Shown here: piece by piece, positions 28,047 to 38,637 of the stretch
Layout: each line of letters begins with the position of its first letter
Numbering within the stretch: the first letter of the stretch is position 1
Assembly (NCBI GenBank): GCA_025359045.1
Contig: JANYHN010000028.1
Span: 8,473-72,472 of the forward strand
Origin: Hyphomicrobiales bacterium
GTDB lineage: Bacteria; Pseudomonadota; Alphaproteobacteria; Rhizobiales; Aestuariivirgaceae
Direction of reading: 5' to 3'
Length of the DNA: 64,000 nt
Made by a program: the position numbers and the translations under genes
Notes under the pieces: generated by a model
The model's database searches: none
What the model was told of the DNA's origin: nothing
What the model saw: only the letters and a program-made list of their open reading frames with translations

Positions 28047-30559
28047 GAATAGATCTATGGACTAAATATGCTTTTCGCAATTTACGATCAGGGCTGAAAG
28101 GCTTTTGGATATTCCTGTCATGCTTGACGCTCGGTGTCGCCGCCATTGCAATGATCGGTTCATTAGCGAGCGCTGTTCAGCAAGGCTTAGATGAACAAGG
28201 CCAAATTATTTTAGGTGGCGATGTTGAATTTTCCATCGTGCAGCGGGAAGTCAAAGCTGATGAACTTGCCTATATGAAATCAAAAGGTGCTGTCAGCGCT
28301 CTCTCCTCCATGCGCGCTATGGCGCAAAGCAACGGCTCGTCAACATTGGTGGAAATCAAAGCAGTTGATCAAGCTTATCCGCTATACGGCACGTTGAAAC
28401 TTTTGCCAACCACGCCTGATACATTTGCATCTGTGAACGGATCATTCGGCGTGGCAGTTGATCCACTTCTATTGCAACGCTTAAATTTGGAACTCGGCGA
28501 TACACTGAAACTCGGCCAAGCCACCGTGACAGTCCGGGCCACAATTGATGAGGAGCCAGACCGTCTCGCCAATGGCATCATCTTCGGACCACGTTTGATC
28601 ATGAGCCAAACAGCACTGCAATCGACAGGCCTGGTCCAACCGGGATCATTGGTCACTTACAATTATCACGTAAAACTAAACGGCGAAGGTAATCTGAGTG
28701 CTGGCAAAGCCGTCACTGAAGAAGCCAAAACCATATTCCCTGAAGCAGGCTGGCGCACCCGCACCACGGATAAAGCAGCGCAAGGTGCAGATGAATTTGT
28801 GGGCAAGCTTGGATATTTCATGACATTAGTCAGCGTGGCTGCTCTCGTCATCGGTGGTGCAGGCATTGCCAATGCCGTATCAGCTTTTGTCAATCGCAGG
28901 CGTGACGCCATCGCTACGCTCAAATGTTTAGGACTACCAAACCGAGACGTGGTGGGCATCAGCCTTACCGAAATAATCGCCGTCAGTCTGCTGGGCATTG
29001 CCATTGCCTTATGCGCTGGAGCCGCAACGCCCTTTGCAGTGCATTGGGCATTTGGAAAGATTTTACCTCTCCCAATCTCAACCCACATCATGTGGATTCC
29101 GCTTGGTTTTGCGGCAGTGTTGGGCCTGCTCATCACCTTGGCCTTTTCGCTCTGGCCACTCGCACGCATCGCAAATATTCAAGGCGCCGCACTGTTTCGC
29201 TCGCACAGTATGGAACAAGCTGGTAAAATTAATTGGCGCTATGCCTTAGCTTCAATCGCAATTCTTGCAATTGCCGCTGCTCTCATTCTGTTTAGCTTCG
29301 AAGACCCGAAAGTGACTGCGGGGTATCTGGCTGGCTTGGCAGCAAGTTTTGTCATTCTTGCGATATTAGCTTCCTTGATCGTGAAAGGTGCAAGCCTTCT
29401 GCCACGCCCTAAAAACCTATTGCTGCGCCAAGCTGTGCTCAGCCTTTATAAGCCGGGCGCTACATCACGTTCGGTAATCATGGCCTTAGGTTTAGGCCTC
29501 ACATTATTCGTGACACTCGCACTCACCGACCAAACCCTCAGCAATGAACTGAAATCCAGCATTCCTGATCGCGCACCCGCATTCTTTTTCATCGATGTGC
29601 CCAACACATCACTAGATGAATTCACGGCGAAGCTCAAAACCCAGGATGGTGTCATCAACATCACCAACGCGCCCATGCTGAGAGGGCGCATCACGAAAGT
29701 GAAGGGTGTTCCAGCTGAGCAGGTGAAACCCAATTCTGATGCATCCTGGGCCTTGAAGGGTGATCGCGGCCTCACATATGCCGATGAACTGCCCAAGGGC
29801 TCAACACTTGTTGAAGGCCAGTGGTGGGCAAAAGACTATACAGGCCCCAATCTTGTTTCAATAACCCAAGACATTGCGCTGGGCTTAGATCTCAAAATCG
29901 GCGATAAGATAACGGTAAATATTTTGGGCCGTGAAGTCGAGGCGCAGATCGCAAACTTGCGCACAGTTAATTGGCGGGCCATGGGGATCAATTTCGTATT
30001 GGTATTTACCCCTGACACTTTGAAGTCGGCACCCCATGCAGAAATCGTGACTGTTGAAATGAAAGGGGGCGATGAGGGCAAACTGTTGAACACGATGGCC
30101 GCCGCCTACCCCGCCGTGACCGCCATTCGGGTGAAAGACGCATTGGCCACTGTAGGTGATCTTTTGGGTAAAATGCTAACGGCCGTGCGCGGTGCAAACA
30201 TTATCACCTTGCTGACGGGCATTCTGGTCTTGGCAGGTGCACTCGCGGCGGGCCTTTCATCACGGAGCTATGAAGCCGTGGTTCTCAAAACTTATGGTGC
30301 GACCCGCCGCCAATTGCTGGGAGCTTTCACAATTGAATATGCGTTGCTGGGTTTAGTGGCTGCGATATTTGGCATTGTCGTTGGCTCGCTCGGCTCATGG
30401 TTCCTCGCCTACTACATCTTGGAAATGGAGTGGAGTTTCTCAGCCTCTACGGCCATTATTACAGCTCTCGTTGCGATGGTGCTGACCATCGCTGCGGGCC
30501 TCAGCGTCACAGCGCGCGCCCTTTCTGCCAAGCCTTCCTTCTATTTGAGAAATGAGTAA
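28043..30559 (+). CDS. ABC transporter permease, FtsX/YbbP-like
   Basis: Duplicated FtsX-type TM blocks; PAFFFIDV, NFVLVF. Confidence 0.9.
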   Translation: MRIDLWTKYAFRNLRSGLKGFWIFLSCLTLGVAAIAMIGSLASAVQQGLDEQGQIILGGDVEFSIVQREVKADELAYMKSKGAVSALSSMRAMAQSNGSSTLVEIKAVDQAYPLYGTLKLLPTTPDTFASVNGSFGVAVDPLLLQRLNLELGDTLKLGQATVTVRATIDEEPDRLANGIIFGPRLIMSQTALQSTGLVQPGSLVTYNYHVKLNGEGNLSAGKAVTEEAKTIFPEAGWRTRTTDKAAQGADEFVGKLGYFMTLVSVAALVIGGAGIANAVSAFVNRRRDAIATLKCLGLPNRDVVGISLTEIIAVSLLGIAIALCAGAATPFAVHWAFGKILPLPISTHIMWIPLGFAAVLGLLITLAFSLWPLARIANIQGAALFRSHSMEQAGKINWRYALASIAILAIAAALILFSFEDPKVTAGYLAGLAASFVILAILASLIVKGASLLPRPKNLLLRQAVLSLYKPGATSRSVIMALGLGLTLFVTLALTDQTLSNELKSSIPDRAPAFFFIDVPNTSLDEFTAKLKTQDGVINITNAPMLRGRITKVKGVPAEQVKPNSDASWALKGDRGLTYADELPKGSTLVEGQWWAKDYTGPNLVSITQDIALGLDLKIGDKITVNILGREVEAQIANLRTVNWRAMGINFVLVFTPDTLKSAPHAEIVTVEMKGGDEGKLLNTMAAAYPAVTAIRVKDALATVGDLLGKMLTAVRGANIITLLTGILVLAGALAAGLSSRSYEAVVLKTYGATRRQLLGAFTIEYALLGLVAAIFGIVVGSLGSWFLAYYILEMEWSFSASTAIITALVAMVLTIAAGLSVTARALSAKPSFYLRNE

Positions 30560-30568
30560 TAAGGCCCC

Positions 30569-31150
30569 ATGGTTATTTTAAATCGAATCTACACAAGAAC
30601 CGGCGATGCTGGTGAAACTGCATTAGGCACAGGCGAGCGCCTGTCCAAAGCCCATATTCGCATTGCCGCTTATGGCACGGTTGATGAAACCAACACCACG
30701 ATTGGTGTTGCGCGTTTGCATCTGGCTGAAATGTCAAAACTCGATGCAATGCTGGCTCGTATCCAAAATGAACTTTTTGATCTGGGCGCTGATCTGTGTG
30801 TGCCTGATCGCGGCGAGAAATTGGAATTCGAACCTTTGCGCATATTGCCAAAACAATATGAACGCATTGAAGCTGAGATTGATGAACTGAACGCCGAACT
30901 ATCACCTCTGCGTTCATTCGTTTTACCTGCGGGCCATGCCGCCGCAGCCCAGCTTCACATGTGCCGCACAGTATGTCGCCGCGCTGAGCGATTGGTTGTC
31001 GAGCTTGCCGCAATCGAGAGCGAGCATGTGAGTGAAGGGGCCATCGCCTATATCAACCGTCTGTCTGATTTCTTCTTCGTCGCCAGCCGCTGGGTGAATT
31101 TTAAGTCGGGCAGTGGTGACGTGCTCTGGGTGCCAGGTAAGACGCGCTAG
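30569..31150 (+). CDS. pduO: Cob(I)alamin adenosyltransferase, PduO type
   Basis: IYTRTGDAGET, YGTVDE, RTVCRRAER, YINRLSDFFF. Confidence 0.93.
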   Translation: MVILNRIYTRTGDAGETALGTGERLSKAHIRIAAYGTVDETNTTIGVARLHLAEMSKLDAMLARIQNELFDLGADLCVPDRGEKLEFEPLRILPKQYERIEAEIDELNAELSPLRSFVLPAGHAAAAQLHMCRTVCRRAERLVVELAAIESEHVSEGAIAYINRLSDFFFVASRWVNFKSGSGDVLWVPGKTR

Positions 31151-31753
31151 ATGCTGAATGCGATACTTTCCGGCTTCGCCTTGAGCTTCGGGCTGATCGT
31201 AGCGATTGGCGCGCAGAATGCTTTTGTCATTCGCCAAGGTGTACTCAATCAACACGTGTTTTGGATATGCTTGTTTTGTTCGCTAAGCGACGCGACTTTC
31301 ATTTGGGGCGGCATTTATGGTCTGGGCGTGATCTTGCAACAATTCCCCTTGTTGATACCAGTCATTACTTATGGAGGCGCTGCCTTTTTGCTTTGGTATG
31401 GCATTAAGGCGACGCGCCGCGTTCTCAAGCCGGAAGCAATGAACCAAGAAGGAAAAACCACAACCAGCCTTTTCATGGCGCTGGCCTCTTGTGCTGCCGT
31501 CTCTTGGCTTAATCCGCATGTCTATTTGGACACAGTTGTGTTGATAGGATCTATCGCCAATGCGAGACCCGTAGGCGAGCAAGCGCCCTTTGCTCTCGGC
31601 GCATCCTTGGCATCATTCGTTTGGTTCTTCGCCATCGGCTATGGTGCCAAAGCCTTGCGCGGGCCTTTGTCAAAACCCATCGTTTGGCGCGGGATCGATC
31701 TGATCATCGCCCTGATCATGTTCTATCTCGCATATAAATTGCTTATCGGCTAA
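31151..31753 (+). CDS. LysE/ArgO family amino acid exporter
   Basis: IGAQNAFVIRQG, WLNPHVYLDTV. Confidence 0.92.
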   Translation: MLNAILSGFALSFGLIVAIGAQNAFVIRQGVLNQHVFWICLFCSLSDATFIWGGIYGLGVILQQFPLLIPVITYGGAAFLLWYGIKATRRVLKPEAMNQEGKTTTSLFMALASCAAVSWLNPHVYLDTVVLIGSIANARPVGEQAPFALGASLASFVWFFAIGYGAKALRGPLSKPIVWRGIDLIIALIMFYLAYKLLIG

Positions 31754-31762
31754 ACAGCATGA

Positions 31763-32446
31763 ATGTTCCTGCCGCTCCATGATGATACGCCGCTGAGAGT
31801 GATCCGCTTTCAATTTGTCACTATGGCCATAATCATCTTAAATGTTTTGATTTTTCTCTACACAGGGCCATTAGGCACCAATCATATTCTAGCGAGCGCG
31901 GAAGGTAACTTCGGCCTCATTCCGCTGCAGCTGCTCCATCCACTGGCTACAAGCGATCCTATAGCCGAACCCTTCACGCTCATAACATACCTATTCCTGC
32001 ATGGCGGATGGCTGCATTTGATCGGTAATATGCTGTTCATGTGGGTCTTTGCCGACAATATCGAAGACGCCTATGGCTATGTGGGGTTTACGATCTTCTT
32101 CCTTCTCTGTGGCGTGATTGGTGGCCTTACCCATGTTGTCATGATGCCTAACTCCGACAGTCCGCTGATTGGCGCGTCAGGTGCCGTATCCGGCGTTCTT
32201 GCGGCTTACATCGTTTTATTTCCACGGGCTCGCATTTGGGTCTTACCGTTCTTTCTGGTGCCCATTCCACTTCCTGCGGTTTTGGTTCTAGGTTTCTGGT
32301 TTCTGCTCCAAGTTTACCATGTAGCCGCCGCCCGGCCGGGTGAAGACGTGGCCTGGTGGGCCCATATCGGCGGATTTACCTTTGGATTGGTGATAACTTT
32401 GATCATGCGGAGCAGACTGGTGTTCACGCCAAATGGTCGCATTTGA
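31763..32446 (+). CDS. Rhomboid family intramembrane serine protease
   Basis: HGGWLHLIGNM, GASGAVSG catalytic Ser, AHIGG catalytic His. Confidence 0.92.
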   Translation: MFLPLHDDTPLRVIRFQFVTMAIIILNVLIFLYTGPLGTNHILASAEGNFGLIPLQLLHPLATSDPIAEPFTLITYLFLHGGWLHLIGNMLFMWVFADNIEDAYGYVGFTIFFLLCGVIGGLTHVVMMPNSDSPLIGASGAVSGVLAAYIVLFPRARIWVLPFFLVPIPLPAVLVLGFWFLLQVYHVAAARPGEDVAWWAHIGGFTFGLVITLIMRSRLVFTPNGRI

Positions 32447-32524
32447 ATAGTCCACGCCGTTCCCAGAATTGACTATCACGGCCCCCAACACTAGTGTCCG
32501 GCCAAATTTCCCTATGAGGTTCTC

Positions 32525-33271
32525 ATGAAAGTTGTTGTCGCTGTAAAGCGCGTGGTTGATTACAACGTGAAAATTCGCGTCAAAGCGGATGGTTCGGGCG
32601 TTGAATTGGCGAACGTTAAAATGTCGATGAATCCGTTTGACGAAATTGGCGTTGAAGAGGCCATTCGTTTAAAAGAAAAAGGCATCGCTTCTGAAATTAT
32701 CGTAGTTTCAATTGGCCCTGCCCAATCTCAAGAAACTTTACGCACTGCGCTTGCCATGGGTGCCGACCGCGCCATTCTGGTGAAGCATGATGACTATGTG
32801 GAACCGCTGGGTGTGGCCAAAATTCTTAAAGGCATCATCGAAGCCGAAAAACCTGAACTGGTGATTTTAGGTAAACAAGCCATTGACGATGATTGCAATC
32901 AGACGGGCCAAATGCTGGCAGCACTTCTGGGCTGGCCTCAAGCCACCGCGTGTTCAAAGTTCGAGCCTGGTCAGGGCGAAGCCACCATTACCCGCGAAAT
33001 TGATGGCGGCTTGCAGACGCTGAAAGTGAAGATGCCGCTGATCATCACCACTGATTTGCGCTTGAACCAACCACGCTATGCATCCCTGCCCAACATCATG
33101 AAGGCCAAGAAAAAGCCGCTCGATGAAAAAATCCCGGCTGACTATGGCGCAGACGTGAAACCGCGTTTGAAGATGATTAAAACCGAAGAGCCGCCAAAAC
33201 GTTTGGCTGGCATTAAAGTGAAATCCGTTGCTGAACTTGTCGGCGCGCTCAAAACTGCGGGAGCAATCTAA
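32525..33271 (+). CDS. etfB: Electron transfer flavoprotein beta subunit
   Basis: [32 protein letters not shown]. Confidence 0.97.
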   Translation: MKVVVAVKRVVDYNVKIRVKADGSGVELANVKMSMNPFDEIGVEEAIRLKEKGIASEIIVVSIGPAQSQETLRTALAMGADRAILVKHDDYVEPLGVAKILKGIIEAEKPELVILGKQAIDDDCNQTGQMLAALLGWPQATACSKFEPGQGEATITREIDGGLQTLKVKMPLIITTDLRLNQPRYASLPNIMKAKKKPLDEKIPADYGADVKPRLKMIKTEEPPKRLAGIKVKSVAELVGALKTAGAI

Positions 33272-33273
33272 TC

Positions 33274-34215
33274 ATGGCCGTTCTTCTGATTGCTGAGCAC
33301 GACAATCATTCTGTGAAAGATGCAACACACAAAGCACTGACAGCGGCTGCGCAAATGGGCGGCGATGTTCATGTGCTGGTTGCTGGCAATAATGCGGGCG
33401 CTGCGGTCAAACATGCCGCAAAATTAGCTGGCGTGAAGAAAGTGCTTCATGTCGAATCCAAGGCCTTGGAACGCCCCTTAGCTGAACCCATGGCTGCAAC
33501 CATTGTAGCGCTTTCGACAGCCTATGATCACATTGTGGCCCCTGCCACAACCAACGGCAAAAATTTTATGCCGCGCGTGGCAGCACTTTTGGATATGATG
33601 CAAATCTCTGATATTTCTGAGGTGAAAACTGCCGATACATTTGTGCGCTTGATCTATGCAGGCAACGCCGTGCAAACCGTTCAGTCACTGGATGCCAAAA
33701 AGATCATTACTGTGCGTACAGCTTCTTTTACCGCTGCTGGTGAGACAGGTTCAGCCGCAGTTGAAAGCGCTAACGCTGCCGCTGATCCAGCATTGTCGTC
33801 TTATGTGAGTGAAAATTTAACGCAATCAGATCGTCCTGAACTCACCTCGGCCAAGATCATCGTATCAGGTGGTCGTGGTATGCAATCGGGCGAAAACTTC
33901 AAGATGCTGGAAGCTGTAGCCAAAAAGCTCAACGCTGCCGTGGGCGCTTCACGCGCGGCCGTAGATGCAGGCTATGTGCCCAATGATTATCAAGTGGGCC
34001 AAACCGGCAAAGTAGTTGCCCCAAACCTCTATATCGCCGTGGGCATCTCAGGCGCCATTCAACATTTGGCCGGCATGAAAGATTCCAAGATCATCGTCGC
34101 CATCAATAAAGACGATGAAGCACCAATTTTCCAAGTGGCTGATTATGGCTTGGTGGCAGATTTGTTTACGGCTGTACCTGAACTTGAGTCTGAACTCGGC
34201 AAGCTCGGAAAATAA
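33274..34215 (+). CDS. etfA: Electron transfer flavoprotein alpha subunit
   Basis: [28 protein letters not shown]. Confidence 0.97.
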   Translation: MAVLLIAEHDNHSVKDATHKALTAAAQMGGDVHVLVAGNNAGAAVKHAAKLAGVKKVLHVESKALERPLAEPMAATIVALSTAYDHIVAPATTNGKNFMPRVAALLDMMQISDISEVKTADTFVRLIYAGNAVQTVQSLDAKKIITVRTASFTAAGETGSAAVESANAAADPALSSYVSENLTQSDRPELTSAKIIVSGGRGMQSGENFKMLEAVAKKLNAAVGASRAAVDAGYVPNDYQVGQTGKVVAPNLYIAVGISGAIQHLAGMKDSKIIVAINKDDEAPIFQVADYGLVADLFTAVPELESELGKLGK

Positions 34216-34290
34216 TTAAAAATATTCACTTTCAAGCGGAACTATTCCCGAAATACGAGCGTTTTCACGTTGTAATCAATGCGCAAAGCA

Positions 34291-34390
34291 TAGTTCCCCC
34301 CGGAATGCCGCGCAGTGAGCACAAACACATCCTGATGTGTTCTTAGATGACTTGGCCTGCTCCTCCCCCGACTGGCCAAGTCATTTTTTT
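34291..34390 (+). ncRNA. Candidate sRNA with an anti-Shine-Dalgarno loop (5' end uncertain)
   Basis: Hairpin AACACATC/ATGTGTT, then a perfect 11-bp stem ATGACTTGGCC/GGCCAAGTCAT with loop TGCTCCTCCCCCGACT and a T-tract. Confidence 0.5.
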
Positions 34391-34397
34391 GTCTTTA

Positions 34398-35551
34398 TTA
34401 GACCTTTTGTCGATTTGCATAAAGTGACGCAAATAAAGCTAATATCAAAAATCCCAATGCCGTCCAACCCGATAGGGATGAAGCACCGCCTTTCAAAAGT
34501 TGGCCGCCCACACCTGAGCCAATGGCCTGGCCCAAATAAACCGCAGACGTATTGAGCGCCACGGTAGCGGAAGCCAAAGGTGGCGCCAGCTGCACCAAGC
34601 GGCTTTGTTGCAATGAATTGGAGGAGAATGTGCCAAGCCCCAAAGCGCCATACCCAAAATCATGCCCCAATAACTGCCAAACATAAGTGTGAAAACGGCA
34701 AATCCGATGCACAGGCTCACCAACGCCCACGCAATCACTTTGTGAACCGCCATGTGCCGCACCATATTTGATCCAAGTGTGTTGCCAACCACTCCTGCTG
34801 CACCGGCAATGGCGAATGCTAAAGAAATTTGCAGAGTCGTTGCCGAGGTAACCTGCTTCAAAATAGGCCCGAGATAACCCAACACCGAAATTTGCCCGGA
34901 CATGCTGAGCAACGTAACCGACAAAACACAAATCAATGCAGGAGAGGTGAAAACAGAAACCCAAGCTTTGAGATTAAGCGGAACACCGAAAAGCTTTGGC
35001 GGTACAGTGAACCAAACGGCCATAGCACTGAAGAGTGAAAGCCCTGCCATCAGCGCAAATACCATGCGCCAGCCAACCCAATCACCAAGTAAAGCGCCGA
35101 TTGGAATGCCGCCAACAGATGCCACCGACCAGCCAATGAAAATGAATGAGATTGCCGAGGCGCGACGTTCATTGGACACCAGCAAACCCACAGTGGCCGC
35201 AGCTTGGGGTGAAAAAAGGCCTGCCGCACTGATCATCAGAGCCCGCACAATAAGGAGCGACCAAAAATCATTGGTGAATGCCGAAAACAAATGGCCCACT
35301 GCATAGAGCAACATTGAAAGCGTGAGCAATAACCGCCGATCGACCCGCGTGGTCAGCATCGCAAGTACTGGCGCGCCAATCCCAACAACAACACCTCCAA
35401 CAAGCAAGAGTAAACCAGCCGTAGCTGTATCCACATGAAGCTCGGTTGAAAGCTGATTAAGCATCCCCGCAGGTAAAAGCACCCCAGTGCCGATCACAAA
35501 ATTGCCAAACACCATGGCCCATAAGGCCAGATTAACCCGTGGTTCCGTCAT
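34398..35551 (-). pseudogene. MFS transporter (DHA1-like) with a one-base frameshift near 34633
   Basis: N-terminal frame reads ...ALWGL; C-terminal frame resumes GTFSSNSLQQSRLV...ALNTSAVYLGQAIG. Restoring one G (TTGGC to TTGGGC) joins them. Confidence 0.8.
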
Positions 35552-35640
35552 TTTTACCCTTTTCGCAACTGCGAAATGTTCTTGCCCGCACTGCAACAGC
35601 GTAATAGGCTAAGCGCAAATCATGAATTGAACGAAAGCGA

Positions 35641-36525
35641 ATGTCCAATATGAAAATTGCAAAGGTGGGTATCATTGGCGCGGGCCAGATGGGTTGCGGC
35701 ATTGCCCAAGTCTGCGCGGCGGCGGGCTATCACGTCGGCATATATGATGCAGCAGTCGACCGCATTGCAGTGGGAATCAGCAATATTGATGCAGGCCTTT
35801 CGCGGCGCGTGAAGTCTGGCAAACTGAGTGAAGAGGCCAAGAAAGCATTGCTAGCCCATATTGTACCAGTGAATGGTTTTGAAGGTTTTAGCGATTTTGA
35901 TTTGGTGATTGAATCAGCCACCGAAAACGAAGCGATAAAACGGCAAATTTTTGAAGCCGTTACACCGCATTTGAAAGCAGATTGCATCATTGCTTCCAAT
36001 ACTTCCTCAATTTCGATCACGCGCCTTGCCGCCGCCACGGGCCGGCCTGAAAAATTTATGGGCATTCATTTTATGAACCCGGTTCCGGTGATGGAACTCG
36101 TTGAACTCATCAGGGGCATTGCCACCGATGAAACCGTTTTCAAAACCATTCAAGCCTTCACGCTGACATTAGGCAAAACCACCGCAATCTCGGAAGATTA
36201 TCCGGCCTTTATCGTCAACCGTATTTTACTGCCCATGATCAATGAGGCGATCTACACACTGTATGAGGGTGTAGGCAGCGTCACCGCCATCGATACCGCC
36301 ATGAAACTGGGTGCGCACCACCCGATGGGGCCATTAGAACTCGCAGACTTTATCGGACTCGATACGTGTTTATCAGTGATGCAAGTGTTGCATGATGGAT
36401 TGGCCGATTCAAAATATCGCCCTTGTCCGTTGCTGGTTAAATATGTCGAAGCTGGATGGCTGGGCCGCAAGGTCAAACGCGGGTTTTATGACTATCGTGG
36501 GGAAACGCCGGTTCCGACGCGGTAA
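35641..36525 (+). CDS. hbd: 3-hydroxybutyryl-CoA dehydrogenase
   Basis: GAGQMG.GIA, ASNTSSISIT, HFMNPVPVM, PMGPLELAD. Confidence 0.93.
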   Translation: MSNMKIAKVGIIGAGQMGCGIAQVCAAAGYHVGIYDAAVDRIAVGISNIDAGLSRRVKSGKLSEEAKKALLAHIVPVNGFEGFSDFDLVIESATENEAIKRQIFEAVTPHLKADCIIASNTSSISITRLAAATGRPEKFMGIHFMNPVPVMELVELIRGIATDETVFKTIQAFTLTLGKTTAISEDYPAFIVNRILLPMINEAIYTLYEGVGSVTAIDTAMKLGAHHPMGPLELADFIGLDTCLSVMQVLHDGLADSKYRPCPLLVKYVEAGWLGRKVKRGFYDYRGETPVPTR

Positions 36526-37101
36526 CTATTTAACAGCCAAAGCCGCCTTTACCAAATCCTGTGCATCCTTCGAAGCCCAATCGGCTGGCCCTAACAAGCG
36601 GCCAATTTCTTTGCCATCGCGACCAATCAACAATGTTGTGGGCAATCCCAGTGATTGCACTGCTGCCAATCCAGCCATCTTCTGATCGACATATAAAGCT
36701 AGATTTTCAGCGCCTGAATCCTTCAAAAAAGCAGCAGAAGCTTCCGCGCCCTTCAAGTCTTCGCTAATCGCCACAACCTCAAAATCAGCCGAACCCAGCA
36801 ATTTTTGCAACTGAGCAAGTTCGGGCATTTCCTTGCGGCAAGGCGCGCACCATGTAGCCCAGAGATTGAGCAAAACTACCTTGCCCTTCCAATGGCTCAG
36901 ATCCAAAGGCGCACCCTTGCCATCGGCAAAAGAAAAGGCCGCAATATCTTTTGGCGCTGGATGTTTGACAAATGCTGCCAAAGTTGAAGCGGTTTCGGCA
37001 GCGGGGACATCAGCCACCTTGCGTCCAGCACCCTGAAACAAGTAAACGGCAACAGCGACAATAAGTGCGGCAAGCAAGACGGGCAGGAATTTGGTTTTCA
37101 T
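36526..37101 (-). CDS. tlpA: TlpA family thiol:disulfide oxidoreductase
   Basis: [23 protein letters not shown]; divergent from argH. Confidence 0.9.
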   Translation of the reverse strand: MKTKFLPVLLAALIVAVAVYLFQGAGRKVADVPAAETASTLAAFVKHPAPKDIAAFSFADGKGAPLDLSHWKGKVVLLNLWATWCAPCRKEMPELAQLQKLLGSADFEVVAISEDLKGAEASAAFLKDSGAENLALYVDQKMAGLAAVQSLGLPTTLLIGRDGKEIGRLLGPADWASKDAQDLVKAALAVK

Positions 37102-37134
37102 AAACAGAGTTTCCAGTTCGAAAAAGGATATTTA

Positions 37135-38520
37135 ATGACCAATAAAATGTGGGGTGGCAGGTTCGCGCAAGGCCCTTCTGCCATAATGGCAGAGATAAAT
37201 GCATCAATTGATTTTGATCGGCGCTTGTATGCCCAAGATATTGCGGGTTCAAAAGCCCATGCCACTATGCTGGCCAAGCAAAGTATTATTTCGAAGGCAG
37301 ATCTCAAAGCCATCCACGCTGGTCTCGACCAAATCAAAACCGAGATTGAGACTGGCAAATTCAAATTTAGCCAAGCGCTAGAAGATATTCATCTGAATAT
37401 CGAAAGCCGCCTGAAAGAATTGATCGGCGAACCTGCTGGGAGGCTTCACACCGCCAGAAGCCGCAATGACCAAGTTGCAACAGATTTCAGGCTTTATGTG
37501 CGTGATTACATTGATCAGCTTGATGCTGGCTTGGCTGACTTGCAATTGGCTTTGGCGCAAAAGGCCGAGGCTCATGCCGGAACGATCATGCCCGGTTTCA
37601 CGCATTTGCAATCTGCCCAACCTGTCACCTTCGGGCATCATCTGCTGGCCTATGTCGAAATGCTGAGCAGGGATCGTGGGCGTTTTGCCGATTCCAGAAA
37701 ACGCATGAATGAAAATCCATTGGGTGCCGCGGCCCTTGCTGGAACCTCGTTCCCGATTGACCGGAATATGACATCAAAAGCTTTGGGTTTTGATCGGCCT
37801 ACGCGCAATTCCATGGATTCAGTGGCGGCGCGTGATTATGCGCTGGAAACTTTGGCTGCCGCCAGTATCTGCGCCATTCATTTATCGCGCCTTGCTGAGG
37901 AAATCGTAATTTGGTGTTCAGCGCAATTCCGTTTTGTGAGTTTAAGCGATAAATTCACCACTGGCTCATCAATCATGCCACAAAAGCGCAACCCCGATGC
38001 AGCGGAGTTGGTGCGTGCAAAACCGGGTCGGATTCTCGGCGCTTTCACAGCACTCGCCGTGGTAATGAAGGGCCTGCCGCTGACTTACTCCAAGGACATG
38101 CAGGAGGACAAAGAGCAGACTTTCGATGCGCTAGACAACCTTGCTTTAGCAATTGCCGCCATGGCAGGCATGGTGCGTGATATGGAGCCGAATAAAGACG
38201 TTCTGAAAGCCGCCGCCAATAGCGGATATGCCACGGCAACAGACTTGGCCGATTGGTTAGTACAGAACCTGAAAATGCCGTTCCGGGATGCGCATCATGT
38301 CACAGGCCGCATCGTGGCTCTCGCTGAAAAAAAGTCATGTCTTTTGTCAGAACTTTCGCTAGAAGACATGCAATCTATATCTTCTGGTATCACCAAAGCA
38401 GTTTTCAAAGTTTTAACTGTTGAAGCTTCGGTGGCCTCCAGAACCAGTTTTGGTGGCACTGCACCGGTTAATGTGCGTCGTGCGGCCAAGGCTTGGCTAA
38501 AGTTCCCGAAAGGAAAGTGA
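37135..38520 (+). CDS. argH: Argininosuccinate lyase
   Basis: [28 protein letters not shown]. Confidence 0.98.
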   Translation: MTNKMWGGRFAQGPSAIMAEINASIDFDRRLYAQDIAGSKAHATMLAKQSIISKADLKAIHAGLDQIKTEIETGKFKFSQALEDIHLNIESRLKELIGEPAGRLHTARSRNDQVATDFRLYVRDYIDQLDAGLADLQLALAQKAEAHAGTIMPGFTHLQSAQPVTFGHHLLAYVEMLSRDRGRFADSRKRMNENPLGAAALAGTSFPIDRNMTSKALGFDRPTRNSMDSVAARDYALETLAAASICAIHLSRLAEEIVIWCSAQFRFVSLSDKFTTGSSIMPQKRNPDAAELVRAKPGRILGAFTALAVVMKGLPLTYSKDMQEDKEQTFDALDNLALAIAAMAGMVRDMEPNKDVLKAAANSGYATATDLADWLVQNLKMPFRDAHHVTGRIVALAEKKSCLLSELSLEDMQSISSGITKAVFKVLTVEASVASRTSFGGTAPVNVRRAAKAWLKFPKGK

Positions 38521-38523
38521 GCG

Positions 38524-38637
38524 ATGGTGTATTACTTAAGAAACGCCATATTTTTGGCCATCATCGTCTCCACCCTTACGGGCTGCGGCATCCGCAATGA
38601 TCCTGTTTATACTGCCCCCAAGACCGTGACAAAATAA
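38524..38637 (+). CDS. lptM: Small lipoprotein, LptM/YifL-like (37 aa; absent from ORF track)
   Basis: MVYYLRNAIFLAIIVSTLTGCGIRNDPVYTAPKTVTK with lipobox LTGC; stop abuts the lysA ATG (TAAATG); argH-lipoprotein-lysA order. Confidence 0.7.
   Translation: MVYYLRNAIFLAIIVSTLTGCGIRNDPVYTAPKTVTK

Noticed and set aside
34625-34645. Programmed frameshift or phase variation in the MFS gene
   Set aside because: No slippery heptamer or long homopolymer at the site.
35575-35605. PhaR-like motif upstream of hbd
   Set aside because: Best match CGCACTGCAACA has two mismatches to the consensus; too weak.
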